A stretch of 64,000 nt of DNA from Clostridiales bacterium. Lineage in GTDB: Bacteria; Bacillota; Clostridia; Christensenellales; CAG-138. Shown here piece by piece: positions 26,787 to 36,513 of the stretch. A program made the position numbers and the translations under genes. The stretch covers positions 92,102 through 156,101 of the forward strand of contig SFEL01000002.1 of assembly GCA_004557245.1 (NCBI GenBank). Direction: 5' to 3'. Every line of letters starts with the position of its first letter. Positions within the stretch are counted from its first letter, which is position 1. The notes beneath the pieces are model-generated. The model did not search any database. It saw only the letters and a list, made by a program, of their open reading frames with translations, and had not been told where the DNA came from.

Positions 26787-28034
26787 TTACTCAAGCCTTG
26801 TGGTCACATTTTCATCTGCCAGCTCCAGCTTTACGCTGAATTCCGCCTCCATGAGAGGATATTTGCTCTTCCAGTCATACCCCTCCCAGCTCACGATGTC
26901 GGAAAACTGGGTAGACGCATATTCCCCGAATCCAAAGGCGTCGCTGTTCAGCTCGCGGCATATGTTGAATACTCTGGCCATCTCGTTCGATATAAGCTGC
27001 TCCGCCGTCTGCTGCAATCCGCTTTCCCACTCGTCTGATCTGGCCTCTCCCCTGTATTTCACTATGTTGCACGCCATCTCCAGCTCTACCTTTGCCCGCG
27101 GCACGCCCGACAGAGTCAGCTTTACCCTCGGAGGCTTCTCGTCCTTTATGTAAAGCACCGCCCACTCCTCATTATGCTGTACCTTCAAGCCTCCCTTTTT
27201 CAGTTCCCCGCGTCCCAGCAGCAGGAACATGGTATCGTAGCCGCTCAGTGTGCCCTTCATGTACCAGCCATCGAACAGAGCCGTACCGGCAATATAAGGG
27301 CTCATGCCTCCGAGACGCCGCACCCCATCGGTAGTGTATTCCTCCTGCTCCTCCTGCTTCTCCTGCTCCTCACCTTTTTCTTCGCTCTTTGCACCTGCGC
27401 CCGTCATTTCCTCCTCAAGGGACCTCTGCTTTTTTACAGCGCTCACGTCCACGCCGCCCAACATCATTACGGGATCCGACCGCTGCCCTCTTATGCTTTC
27501 CAGCATACGGGCATAATTGGTTATGACCGTAATTCCCTCCGCAGTGTAATCATGAAACACGCTGAATTGCAGCTTGGTTATATTTGGCACATCCTTCAGG
27601 CACAGGCCCTGCATGAGCCTCTGCGCGGTGCCAAGGCATACCATGAGCTTTACCGACTGGCGTATCTTCAGCGCGTTAAATGTTATGTTGGAAAGCTCCT
27701 TTATACGGCCGCTGCGAGCCACCTCCTCGCCAAAAAAGAAGGTATTCACCCGAGAGAAATTTATCCGAAACGGCACTCCCGCGCTCAGTACGGTTATTGC
27801 GTCAAAAAGCGTGTCGCCTTCGGCAGATATTATCTCAGCGCCGCCCGTTGATGTCTGCTCGGACCCGGACACGTCCTTTTGTACCAGAAACGTAACATTG
27901 AACCTGTACTGAGAACCCTTGTCAAAGCCTATGCCCACAACGTATATATAATCGTCCGCCTGAACGGCGCCAAGACAGCCGCTCATATTCATACACAGCA
28001 CAAGCGCAAGTATCATCAAGGCTGCCTTTTTCAT
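26787..28034 (-). CDS. Ger(x)C family spore germination lipoprotein
   Basis: Start moved to ATG 28034 (MKKAALMILALVLCMNMSGC lipobox), which overlaps the gerAB-like stop (ATGA). The 160-codon upstream extension in the track overlaps the B gene out of frame. Confidence 0.8.
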   Translation of the reverse strand: MKKAALMILALVLCMNMSGCLGAVQADDYIYVVGIGFDKGSQYRFNVTFLVQKDVSGSEQTSTGGAEIISAEGDTLFDAITVLSAGVPFRINFSRVNTFFFGEEVARSGRIKELSNITFNALKIRQSVKLMVCLGTAQRLMQGLCLKDVPNITKLQFSVFHDYTAEGITVITNYARMLESIRGQRSDPVMMLGGVDVSAVKKQRSLEEEMTGAGAKSEEKGEEQEKQEEQEEYTTDGVRRLGGMSPYIAGTALFDGWYMKGTLSGYDTMFLLLGRGELKKGGLKVQHNEEWAVLYIKDEKPPRVKLTLSGVPRAKVELEMACNIVKYRGEARSDEWESGLQQTAEQLISNEMARVFNICRELNSDAFGFGEYASTQFSDIVSWEGYDWKSKYPLMEAEFSVKLELADENVTTRLE

Positions 28035-29140
28035 ACCTTGCCGCTCCTGACTGCCATGCCGCGTCTTACGCTCAGTACAGCCGCTGCTATCAGCGGCAGG
28101 GATATTATCGCCCAGCCCCATCGACCTGCACTGTAATAAAGCACGCGGAACTCGTCGTAATGTCCCTCGGACTGCATCACTACTGCGCAGCCTGTCATAA
28201 CTATAAATGCCACTACTCCCGGACGTGTATCCTTTGGGCCGAAGCATCTGCACCACAGCATCGCACTGCTGTAAATGTAATATGCCGCCGTGGTTATGCC
28301 CGCCATGAGCCAAAAGAAGAGCGAGAGATTGTCCATTCTGAAAAGATACCCCTCCTCCACCATTATCATCTCCATTCGGTAAAGCGGAAAGAGCATATCT
28401 GCAAGGTCTATATAGTCGTATGCCATCGCAATGGCAAACTGGGTCAACGCGGTAAACGCAGCCGCACATACCGCGCCTATAAAGCAGGAGCTTTTGGCGA
28501 ACCGCATTCCGCAAAGCTTATCCGTAACTGTAAGCAGCGCCATCATCGCCCCAAAAGTACGCAGAAGGTTATGCAGCGTCAGCCTGCCCATATCCTCCAG
28601 CGAATTACCGGGAAATGGCGAAAGCCTATAAATTGCGTAGCTCTTATAGGGTATCAGGAGCGCCGCGAGCACCGCTGCCGCGAACATGGGCAATATGAGC
28701 AGCGTAGTACGTGATATGCATTCAAGACCCATAAAGCTGAGCAAAAGCGACGTGAGCAGCACCCACAGCGCTATCTCCCAATATCCGGAATTGTAAAACA
28801 CAAAGCTGTGTATCATGTTCACAAAGTCTGTAAGTATGAAGAACGCGCTTGCGATAAACAGTAAAATAAGGGGTATTGCAGCTATACGTCCTACTACTCT
28901 GCCAAAGGCAGCCGTAAAAAGCTTGTCCAGCGTATCCGCACCGCTTTTTTCCATGGCCGACATTATCACCATCACCGCAGCGAGAGATACCAATATGGAA
29001 AGGGGCATCCATATATAAGTACTGTTTCCGCCGCTGTACGCCTGCTGTGAATCCATGGCAAAGACCGTGGCGGTGAACAGGGATACGCCTACCATCGCGG
29101 CGCTCTCCTGCCTTCCTATCCTGCTTGGGCCTATATTCAA
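28031..29140 (-). CDS. GerAB/ArcD/ProY family spore germination protein (B subunit)
   Basis: 369 aa, about 10 TM segments, translationally coupled on both sides within the A-B-C operon. Confidence 0.8.
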   Translation of the reverse strand: MNIGPSRIGRQESAAMVGVSLFTATVFAMDSQQAYSGGNSTYIWMPLSILVSLAAVMVIMSAMEKSGADTLDKLFTAAFGRVVGRIAAIPLILLFIASAFFILTDFVNMIHSFVFYNSGYWEIALWVLLTSLLLSFMGLECISRTTLLILPMFAAAVLAALLIPYKSYAIYRLSPFPGNSLEDMGRLTLHNLLRTFGAMMALLTVTDKLCGMRFAKSSCFIGAVCAAAFTALTQFAIAMAYDYIDLADMLFPLYRMEMIMVEEGYLFRMDNLSLFFWLMAGITTAAYYIYSSAMLWCRCFGPKDTRPGVVAFIVMTGCAVVMQSEGHYDEFRVLYYSAGRWGWAIISLPLIAAAVLSVRRGMAVRSGKV

Positions 29141-30729
29141 AGCTGTTCCCCCTCTCTGGTGTTTATGTAGTCGTCGGTCTTTGCGTGCATGGTTATTCTG
29201 CCCCGCACTATAGCGGGCCGCTTGCTGTAGGTCTTGGGCGATGCCGGGGTAAGGAATGGTATGCCGAAGCTTTTAAGCGATGCCATGAGAGCGAAGAAGG
29301 CTACCAGCATGCAGCTCATGCCAAGAAGTCCCCCAATCCATGCAGCTATCACAAATGCTGCCCTTATATACGAAGCGGATATCTGCGTGGCATAATCCGG
29401 TATACAGAAGTTGCCAAGCCCGGACAGGGCCACAACTATCAGCATGACAGAACTCGCAAGATTTGCGCTTACCGCCGCCTGACCCAGTATAAGGCCTCCT
29501 ATTATGCCAATGGCCTGTCCTATGCTGCCCGGCACCCTAAGGCCCGCCTCCCGTATAAGCTGGAACACAAGCAGCAAGAACAGCAGCTCAAGGCCCATCG
29601 GCGCAAATACCATTTTTCGCGAGGCCACAACGGTGCTAAGCGCCTCTGTTGACATCATTCCCTGATGGTACAGCACCAGCGATAGGAAGTATCCCGGCAG
29701 AAGTATGGATATCAACGCCCCAATATAGCGCACCAGCCGCACCACCGTCCCCTGCGGCTGTCTTAGATATATGTCCTCCGAGCTGCCCATGAGCGTAAAC
29801 AGCGTTGTAGGCATTATATTTGCAAATGGACTGCCGTCCAGCAGCACAGCCACATACCCCTGCATTATATGTGACGACGTTCTGTCCGGCCGTTCTGTGG
29901 TCAGCACCTGCGGGAACGGCGACAACGGGTGGTTTTCGGTAAGCTGCTCCAGTACGCCTATATTTGACATCATTCGGGTCTGCACACCGGCGATGCGCCG
30001 CTTAACCTCCTGCACCAGTGCCGGGTTTGCGCTGCCGTCAAGGTAAACTATGGCCGCCCTTATGTGGTTCTGAACGCCTATCTCTCGTATCTCGCACACA
30101 AGATCTTCCCGGCGTATCATGCGTCTCAGCAGGGTTATATTTGTCCTCAGGTTCTCGTTAAAGCCTTCCTGCGGTCCCATGACCACCTTTTCGTTTTCCG
30201 TGGTGCCTACAGAGCGATGCTCGTAACCCCGGGTATCTATTATTGCCGCCCGTTCTTCATCCCCTACGAACATCACGGTCTGCCCGTCTGTTATAGCCCG
30301 TTTTACCTTATACCAGTCGCTCTCCGTGGATACGTCGCTGGCGGTAAGCACGTTTTTTAGCATATAATCTATGTACGGAGGCTTATCGGGCAAGGGCTTT
30401 TTCATCGTCTCCCGCAGCACATAGTCGTTTATGGTTTCCGCGTCCGCCATGCCGTTCATGAATACCACCGCCGCCTCCACCCGCCCGCCTGCGGCAAAGC
30501 GGCGTATTATTATGTCGGGATTTATATCCGCCCGAAAGCTCTCTTTAATTCGGCCAATGTTTTCGGAAAAAGAGGGAGCTACTGTCTGTTTTTCTTCCTG
30601 CTTCTGTTCCTCCGCGTACCGCCAGCCGCCCAAAAAGCCCGGCGCCCCCTTTTCGGTTTCCAGCAATTCAAACTCGCTGCGCTTCCGAGTGAAGCCCAGC
30701 GCCAAGGCTATCTTCTTTATTCCTTTCAT
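29137..30729 (-). CDS. spore germination protein, GerAA family (A subunit)
   Basis: GerA-family blocks (RREDLVCEIREIG, TERPDRTSSHIMQGYVAVLLDGSPF, C-terminal 5-TM region). Start at ATG 30729 with RBS GGGAGGG. Confidence 0.85.
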   Translation of the reverse strand: MKGIKKIALALGFTRKRSEFELLETEKGAPGFLGGWRYAEEQKQEEKQTVAPSFSENIGRIKESFRADINPDIIIRRFAAGGRVEAAVVFMNGMADAETINDYVLRETMKKPLPDKPPYIDYMLKNVLTASDVSTESDWYKVKRAITDGQTVMFVGDEERAAIIDTRGYEHRSVGTTENEKVVMGPQEGFNENLRTNITLLRRMIRREDLVCEIREIGVQNHIRAAIVYLDGSANPALVQEVKRRIAGVQTRMMSNIGVLEQLTENHPLSPFPQVLTTERPDRTSSHIMQGYVAVLLDGSPFANIMPTTLFTLMGSSEDIYLRQPQGTVVRLVRYIGALISILLPGYFLSLVLYHQGMMSTEALSTVVASRKMVFAPMGLELLFLLLVFQLIREAGLRVPGSIGQAIGIIGGLILGQAAVSANLASSVMLIVVALSGLGNFCIPDYATQISASYIRAAFVIAAWIGGLLGMSCMLVAFFALMASLKSFGIPFLTPASPKTYSKRPAIVRGRITMHAKTDDYINTREGEQL

Positions 30730-30808
30730 ACCCTGCCCTCCCATGCAAAACTTCTGCGATATATATAGAAGTATCTGCCATAGGGAACAAAAATATGCAA
30801 TACAGGCA

Positions 30809-30847
30809 AATATCCCCTGAGAACGCAGCGCGCCCTCAGGGGATATT
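30809..30847 (-). terminator. rho-independent terminator, 13-bp stem
   Basis: AATATCCCCTGAG..CTCAGGGGATATT. On the minus strand it is followed by TTTGCCTGTATT. Confidence 0.7.
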
Positions 30848-30866
30848 CATATTAAATTATGCTGTT

Positions 30867-32003
30867 TTATTTTGCCTTGCCAGCCCGATAAGCCTCCTGT
30901 ACGCAGGCCTGATGTCTCGGGCATTCCTTGCTGTTAGCATGCACCTTGGAGTTAAGCAGGTGTATGCAGAAGTGGCCGTCAAAGCCGTTGCTCTTGGTAG
31001 GGTTTGCCATATGAGGCATGGTATGCATGCTTGCAGCCACAGTCTTGCCGTTGTATGTAACCCATATGGGGCGCCTGTTCCATGAAAAGCCCTCCAGGCT
31101 CTTCATTACGGCGGTGTCTTCTTTTGTGATAGGCTCGCTGTCCGCGTGATACCAGCCGCCGAAGCGCCTTGCACGGAAGCTTTTGCCGGTACGCACATCA
31201 GTCACCGTAAACTTGGCGCCCTTGTTCAGCCAATCTTTGCCGCCCTTGAACCAGTCCAGCAGCACTACGCTGCCCTTGAGCTTGGTAAACGTGGCGTTTT
31301 CTTTTGTGAGCTTGTTGGTGCTGTCGAATATGGAATTGAGCGTCTCAGCACCGGCGATACCATCCGCCGAGGAAAGCCCCGCTTTTTTCTGGTATTCCAG
31401 CACGGCCTTGCGGGTAGCGCTATCGTATACGCCGCTCATGTCCCGCTTTGACATAAAGCCGCGATCGTATAGCTTCTTCTGCAGCCGCTCCACCTCTTCG
31501 CCCTCCATGCCGGTGCGGAGCATGCTTCCGGACGCGGTGTTGGAGCCGGTGAGCGTCAGGTGGGTGCGGTAAACATAGCCCGTGGCGTCATCGGCAACCA
31601 CATAGAACCACTCGCCAAACACCGCCTTTATGCGCACGCCCTTGCCTGCCGTTAACTGCTTTACGGCGTAGGTATCCTCGCTGGGGCCTCCGCGTATATA
31701 TGTGCCGTCGTCCAATACATACGCGCCGCGGCTGCCGGAAGAATTTGAAAAGATGTAATCCTGGCGGATATAGCCCACGGTTCCGCTTTTGAGCATTATC
31801 CTGTACCAGCCGTTTTCCACCGCCAGCACCTCTACTTCGCTGCCCAGCTCAAGCGTTCCAAGGGCGTTGGATTCCTTATCAGGGGATTCCCTGAGGTTGA
31901 CGCCGTCAGCCGTGATTATACCGGTATCCGCTGCCAGCGCCCCTGTGCAGACCGCAAGAAGCAGCAGCACTGCGGCAGCGCCTGCCATGCGTTTAAGCTT
32001 CAT
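30867..32003 (-). CDS. secreted 2xSH3b + PG_binding_1 protein with C-terminal divergent YkuD-like (L,D-transpeptidase-type) domain
   Basis: Signal peptide, two SH3b-like repeats (GWYRIMLKSGTVGYIRQDYI; EWFYVVADDATGYVYRTHL) and PG_binding_1 (VERLQKKLYDRGF..DGIAGAETL). The C-terminus has MH..N17..GHFCIHL. The domain assignment is inference. Confidence 0.5.
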   Translation of the reverse strand: MKLKRMAGAAAVLLLLAVCTGALAADTGIITADGVNLRESPDKESNALGTLELGSEVEVLAVENGWYRIMLKSGTVGYIRQDYIFSNSSGSRGAYVLDDGTYIRGGPSEDTYAVKQLTAGKGVRIKAVFGEWFYVVADDATGYVYRTHLTLTGSNTASGSMLRTGMEGEEVERLQKKLYDRGFMSKRDMSGVYDSATRKAVLEYQKKAGLSSADGIAGAETLNSIFDSTNKLTKENATFTKLKGSVVLLDWFKGGKDWLNKGAKFTVTDVRTGKSFRARRFGGWYHADSEPITKEDTAVMKSLEGFSWNRRPIWVTYNGKTVAASMHTMPHMANPTKSNGFDGHFCIHLLNSKVHANSKECPRHQACVQEAYRAGKAK

Positions 32004-32608
32004 CGTTCCTCCTCCGCTCTTATCATTTCCCCCAGCCGCCCTATATCCTCCGCCAGCGTATCAGCCAGTGCACGGTTGTAAATCACGCTTGCGGGATGAT
32101 ACTGTGGCGAAAGCAGTATTCCTTTTCCTTCTATGGTCACGCTCATGCTTCTGCCGTGCAGTTCCCCTATAGTACGTATTTGTTCACCTGCCAGCGTCAG
32201 AATGGCTTTAAGGGGAGTATTGCCGAGAGTGACTATTATGCGCGGCGAAAGCAGGCAAAGTTCGCTTTTCAGGAGCGGCAGCCCCGCTTTCATCTCCGCG
32301 CCCGTGGGGGTACGGTTGGATACGCTCTTCGGCTTTACATTAACGGGGCGGAACTTTATGGTATTGGTAATATACACCCGGCTTCTGTCTATGCCTGCGC
32401 CCCTTAAAAGCGCATCGAGCTGCTTGCCCGCTTTACCTACAAACGGCCGCCCCTGCTTTGCCTCGTCTCCTCCGGGTGCCTCGCCTATCAGCATCACCAG
32501 CGGGTTCACCGGCCCCTCTCCAAATACCGGGTGGGAATAATCGCCACGGCCGTCGGACGTTTCGGCTATGCGCAGCCGCTCTTTTTCATAAAGCTCAACA
32601 AGGCCCAT
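32000..32608 (-). CDS. uracil-DNA glycosylase, family 4
   Basis: MLIGEAPGGDEAKQGRPFVGKAGKQLD and HPASVIY motifs. Confidence 0.85.
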   Translation of the reverse strand: MGLVELYEKERLRIAETSDGRGDYSHPVFGEGPVNPLVMLIGEAPGGDEAKQGRPFVGKAGKQLDALLRGAGIDRSRVYITNTIKFRPVNVKPKSVSNRTPTGAEMKAGLPLLKSELCLLSPRIIVTLGNTPLKAILTLAGEQIRTIGELHGRSMSVTIEGKGILLSPQYHPASVIYNRALADTLAEDIGRLGEMIRAEEER

Positions 32609-32609
32609 A

Positions 32610-35576
32610 TTACCACCCTGCGCCTACGGGCGGGTTTTCCTCGTATATGGCATTGAAGTTGAGCCGCAGCTGCTCAGTAGCCCGCTTAATATATTCGGTA
32701 AGTGAGGCGTTCACGTAATCCTGGAGGTCCTGCATTCCCTGTATGAGGGTATTCCTGTCCGTATCCGAGATATTCTGAACGTTGTTCAGGTAGTTCCCTA
32801 TCTCCCTTATGAGCTGCTGTGCCTCATTCTTGGCATTTTGCAGATCCTCGTTGCCTCCGCCGTAGTTATACCACGAAGGCGTATGCAGCGAGCAGGTCGC
32901 TCCCATACTTCCCCCCTCCATCGTCATTGCGTACTCCTCGGAGGTAACGCCGGTATAAACGGCATTTGGTATGTACTGTTTGACCAATATGGGATCAATG
33001 TCCGCATACATTGAGTCATTGTGAATCAGCACCACAGAGCCCGATATAACATTATAACAATAGGGCGATGCAAGCTGGCCGCTATCCTGACATATGCTGG
33101 TCTGTACGTGCATATCGCATACCTCGGTAGGCGCCGTATCCTGTGCAAACCAGTCAGTCACGGGCAGATGCCCAGAGGAATCTGTATAGCAGGCATCAGT
33201 GGCCAGCTTGCCGGATATGGAGCAGACGGTGCACTTTGTAAGACCTATCTCGTTGGGGGATTCATCGATTATGGGTTTATTCTGCAATCCCTCATGTATC
33301 TTTGACATAAAGGCCTTCCACAGGGGCGCCGCGTATTTGCCGCCTGTGGACTTGCTCTTGAGCTTTGGCGTAAAGTCATCGTGGCCTATCCATACGGTAG
33401 CTGTATAGTAGGGGGTCATACCTGCAAAGTACACGCTGCCGTAATCCGAGTTGGTACCGGTCTTGCCCGCCACTGTCATGCCGGATATTTTCGCGTTGGT
33501 ACCAGTGCCGGAGTTTACCGCCTCTGTGAGTATATCCACCAGCATATAAGCCGTAGACTTCTTAAATACGGTATGCTTTTCCCTTATCTCGTCAGCGTCG
33601 AGTATGACCTTGCCGCTTTCGTCCACTACCCTCGTAAAGGACAACGGTTCCTGATACTCGCCTCCGCTTGCTATCGCTCCGTATGCCGCCGCCATCTCTA
33701 TGGGGGTTATGTTTGTGGTGCCCAGCGCCATTGCGGAGCCCGTCTTCGATATGCGTGACGGATCTACTCCCAGCAGCTCAAGATAATTTGCGCTGTTGTC
33801 AAAGCCCACGTGTTCAAGAAGCGTCCTCGCCGCCGCCACGTTGAGGGAATTCACCACGCCCTGCCTGAGCGTCAGAGGGCCTATGTAACTTTCACTGCCT
33901 ATGTAGGGGTAGCCCTTTTCGCTGTCCCATCCCTCGATCGGGCAGGGGAAATTTTTAATTATGGTAGCCGGGGAAGCACCCATATCCAGCGCCGGCCCGT
34001 ATACCGCCAGAGGCTTTATGGATGAACCTACCTCCGACGGGCTCTGGGCCCTGTTAAGTCCCTTTTTTATGGTGGGGGTGTCCCTTCCGCCTACTATGGC
34101 CCTGAGCTCGCCGGTGTGGTAATCGAGCACCACAGCCGCTGCCTGAGGCTCGATAGTAGTTATGGTGTTGCCGTCGGCGCTGGTCTCTGTCTTTGTGGCC
34201 GTGCTGGGGTCTGCAAGCTGTGGATATTTCTCCCATGTAGAGAGGGTATCCTGTACCATGTGCTGCATCTCCGTATCCACAGTGAGATAAATATGGTATC
34301 CGCCTGTGCGCAGCTCATTCTCTATTGCGGAACGATTGGCGCGCGTATCCAGCATATCCCGCTGTTTTAGGAGATGCGTAACTATGTCACGAATGCCGTA
34401 TTCGACGAAATAAGGCATATCGTACAGCTCTGTGCTGGCGGATTTTTCCTTTATGTTCACCCTCTCGTTCAGCGCAGCCTCGTACTGCTCATGGGTTATG
34501 AAGCCGCCCTCGTACATGGCCAGCAGCACCACATTGGTGCGTCTGTCGGTGACGTACATCTGGTTGTTATTTTCGAGGGAGTACTTATACTGCTCCTCGG
34601 TTATGCCCTTGGAATTATGCAGCTCCTCCAGCTCCTGCCGCGCAGAGTCGCTCAGCGTCCTCGTATAGGTATTGGAGCGCGGGTTGGTATAGTAGGGCTT
34701 TTGCACCATTCCGGCGAGCATGGCGCACTCGCGTATGGTAAGCTCGCTCATCTCCTTGCCGAAATAGTCCTTGGCGGCGGTCTTAAAGCCGTAGTTGGAG
34801 GCGCCAAGATATACGTCGTTCATGTACGCCGCAAGTATCTCATCCTTATCCATGATATCCTCGAGCTCCATGGAAAGGTAAGCTTCCTTTATCTTGCGCT
34901 TGTAGGACTGCTCGTTGGAAAGCACCTTATTCTTTATAAGCTGCTGGGTTATTGTGCTGCCGCCGTGGGTATCGGTATTGCGCAGGGTATTTATAACGGC
35001 GGAAAACAGCCTTTTGTAGTCCACGCCGTCATGCTTGTAGAAGCGCACGTCCTCTATGGAAATCAGGGCATTCTTGAGCATATCCGGTATCTCGCCTATA
35101 TCCGCCCAGTCCCGATATTCCATGCCGGCGTAAGTGGTTATGAGCTTGCCGTCCTTGTCGTATATGTAGGAAGTCCTGTCGCTCTTGGTGAGCTGTGCAG
35201 GATCTATGTCCTCGGTAGTCTCGATGTATGCCTTGGCTACACCGGTAACGAGACCCAGCCCCGCGCAGCCGGCGATAATTACGGTCACCGCCATGACCTT
35301 GAGCACGGTAAACAGCAGCTCCAGAATAAAGCTTCGGTTGCCTCTGCGCTCGGTAAACAGCTCCTCGTCCGCCTGCTTTTCCCTTTTGCGGCCAAGCAGC
35401 TCCTTAATTTTATTTATGACGGACTCTATCCGGCCCGCCACGTCCCGCTTTTCTTCCTCGGATTCGCACCCGGGCTCTCTTTCCCGTTTATAATGTTTTG
35501 GCATATCTATACGGGTGGTGCCGCCTTCCTGCTCCGCCCCGTTGAAGCCTCTGTCCTTATTCTCGAAATCATCCAT
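32610..35576 (-). CDS. class A penicillin-binding protein (PBP1A family) with ~250-aa Cys-containing/coiled C-terminal extension
   Basis: Transglycosylase motifs (EDVRFYKHDGVD, GGSTITQQL, RKIKEAY) and transpeptidase motifs SSIKP, SLN, KTGT. Confidence 0.9.
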   Translation of the reverse strand: MDDFENKDRGFNGAEQEGGTTRIDMPKHYKREREPGCESEEEKRDVAGRIESVINKIKELLGRKREKQADEELFTERRGNRSFILELLFTVLKVMAVTVIIAGCAGLGLVTGVAKAYIETTEDIDPAQLTKSDRTSYIYDKDGKLITTYAGMEYRDWADIGEIPDMLKNALISIEDVRFYKHDGVDYKRLFSAVINTLRNTDTHGGSTITQQLIKNKVLSNEQSYKRKIKEAYLSMELEDIMDKDEILAAYMNDVYLGASNYGFKTAAKDYFGKEMSELTIRECAMLAGMVQKPYYTNPRSNTYTRTLSDSARQELEELHNSKGITEEQYKYSLENNNQMYVTDRRTNVVLLAMYEGGFITHEQYEAALNERVNIKEKSASTELYDMPYFVEYGIRDIVTHLLKQRDMLDTRANRSAIENELRTGGYHIYLTVDTEMQHMVQDTLSTWEKYPQLADPSTATKTETSADGNTITTIEPQAAAVVLDYHTGELRAIVGGRDTPTIKKGLNRAQSPSEVGSSIKPLAVYGPALDMGASPATIIKNFPCPIEGWDSEKGYPYIGSESYIGPLTLRQGVVNSLNVAAARTLLEHVGFDNSANYLELLGVDPSRISKTGSAMALGTTNITPIEMAAAYGAIASGGEYQEPLSFTRVVDESGKVILDADEIREKHTVFKKSTAYMLVDILTEAVNSGTGTNAKISGMTVAGKTGTNSDYGSVYFAGMTPYYTATVWIGHDDFTPKLKSKSTGGKYAAPLWKAFMSKIHEGLQNKPIIDESPNEIGLTKCTVCSISGKLATDACYTDSSGHLPVTDWFAQDTAPTEVCDMHVQTSICQDSGQLASPYCYNVISGSVVLIHNDSMYADIDPILVKQYIPNAVYTGVTSEEYAMTMEGGSMGATCSLHTPSWYNYGGGNEDLQNAKNEAQQLIREIGNYLNNVQNISDTDRNTLIQGMQDLQDYVNASLTEYIKRATEQLRLNFNAIYEENPPVGAGW

Positions 35577-35762
35577 TTATATCGTTTGCCTTTCATAAAA
35601 CGGCCCGGCCCATGGGCCAAGCGCTGCTATCTTCATTATATTTGGGTGTATTATAGCATATTTTACTGTCCTTTCTCAATACGCCACGGCCGGCATATAA
35701 TGAATTAACAATCAGTTCATGACTTTTTATGTCGAAGGACAAATTTCAAAAGGAGCGGCAAT

Positions 35763-36461
35763 ATGGAAAACTGTGGAGATATATCTTCGAGGAAGCGCAG
35801 GAAACCATACATAAGAAAGCTCTGCCTCGCCCTTGCAATGCTGGCTGCCGTTGGCATAGTATGGCTCATCATATCCGTAAACAACCGTATGCGTCCCGCC
35901 CTCGCAAACCTTGCGGAGACCCGCATAAATTCCATTGCCACGGAAGCCATGAATCAGGCTATAACCGAAAGCCTCAACAGCGGCTCAGACTATGACTGCC
36001 TCATAACCTCATATGACAACGGCGAAAAAGTCTATATGCTCCAGGCTGACGCAAGACGCATGAACCTGCTGGCATCCGAGTGCTGTGCCGCAGCACAAAA
36101 ACGCATAGCAGAAGTCGGGGAGCAGGGCGTATCTTTGCCTCTGGGCACCGTGTCCGGGATCACCTACCTTACCGGCCGCGGACCCCGGATAAGGGTCACG
36201 TTCACCCCTGCAGGCAGCGTATACAGCGAGTTCTGCTCCACTCTTTCCTCATCGGGCATAAACCAGTCCCTGTACAGGGTAAACCTAAGGCTCACCGCAA
36301 GCATACGGCTTATTATGCCCGGCATATCCCGGAGCATAAAGGTAAGCTCCGAGGCGGCCATAGCCGAAAGCATAATCGTAGGCGAGGTTCCGCAGGTATA
36401 CACCAACGTAGAGAGCACAGATGATATGCTCAACCTTATACCCACAGAACCGCTGGATTGA
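35763..36461 (+). CDS. yunB: sporulation protein YunB
   Basis: An N-terminal TM, then RMRPALANLAETRINSIATEAMNQAI and GEVPQVY, typical of YunB. RBS AAAGGAG. Confidence 0.75.
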   Translation: MENCGDISSRKRRKPYIRKLCLALAMLAAVGIVWLIISVNNRMRPALANLAETRINSIATEAMNQAITESLNSGSDYDCLITSYDNGEKVYMLQADARRMNLLASECCAAAQKRIAEVGEQGVSLPLGTVSGITYLTGRGPRIRVTFTPAGSVYSEFCSTLSSSGINQSLYRVNLRLTASIRLIMPGISRSIKVSSEAAIAESIIVGEVPQVYTNVESTDDMLNLIPTEPLD

Positions 36462-36498
36462 TTTTACATTTACACCTATGGCGCACGGGACTTGCCCA

Positions 36499-36507
36499 TG
36501 GTATAAT
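36499..36507 (+). promoter_or_regulatory. extended -10 element TGGTATAAT placed 6 nt before the ATG at 36514
   Basis: TGGTATAAT, TGTGCC, ATG. This is the same geometry as at 7058-7075, and there is no SD. Confidence 0.35.
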
Positions 36508-36513
36508 TGTGCC

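Noticed and set aside
26594-26794. 66-aa minus-strand ORF after gerAC
   Set aside because: The product is Arg/Gly-rich with no RBS. A different frame gives a coupled 53-aa two-TM ORF, which I consider more plausible.
28035-28514. 160-codon N-terminal extension of the GerAC-family ORF in the track
   Set aside because: It overlaps the GerAB-family gene in another frame and is Arg/Gly/Cys-rich. A lipoprotein signal peptide with ATGA coupling begins at 28034.
30769-30798. SigmaG-type forespore promoter upstream of gerAA (GCATA-N18-GATACTT)
   Set aside because: Both ends of the -10 element deviate from my recollection of the consensus (CATnnTA). It is plausible biologically but too weak to report as a feature.
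34374-35708. 444-aa plus-strand ORF
   Set aside because: It is antisense to the PBP1A gene and has the same shadow-ORF composition, with no RBS.
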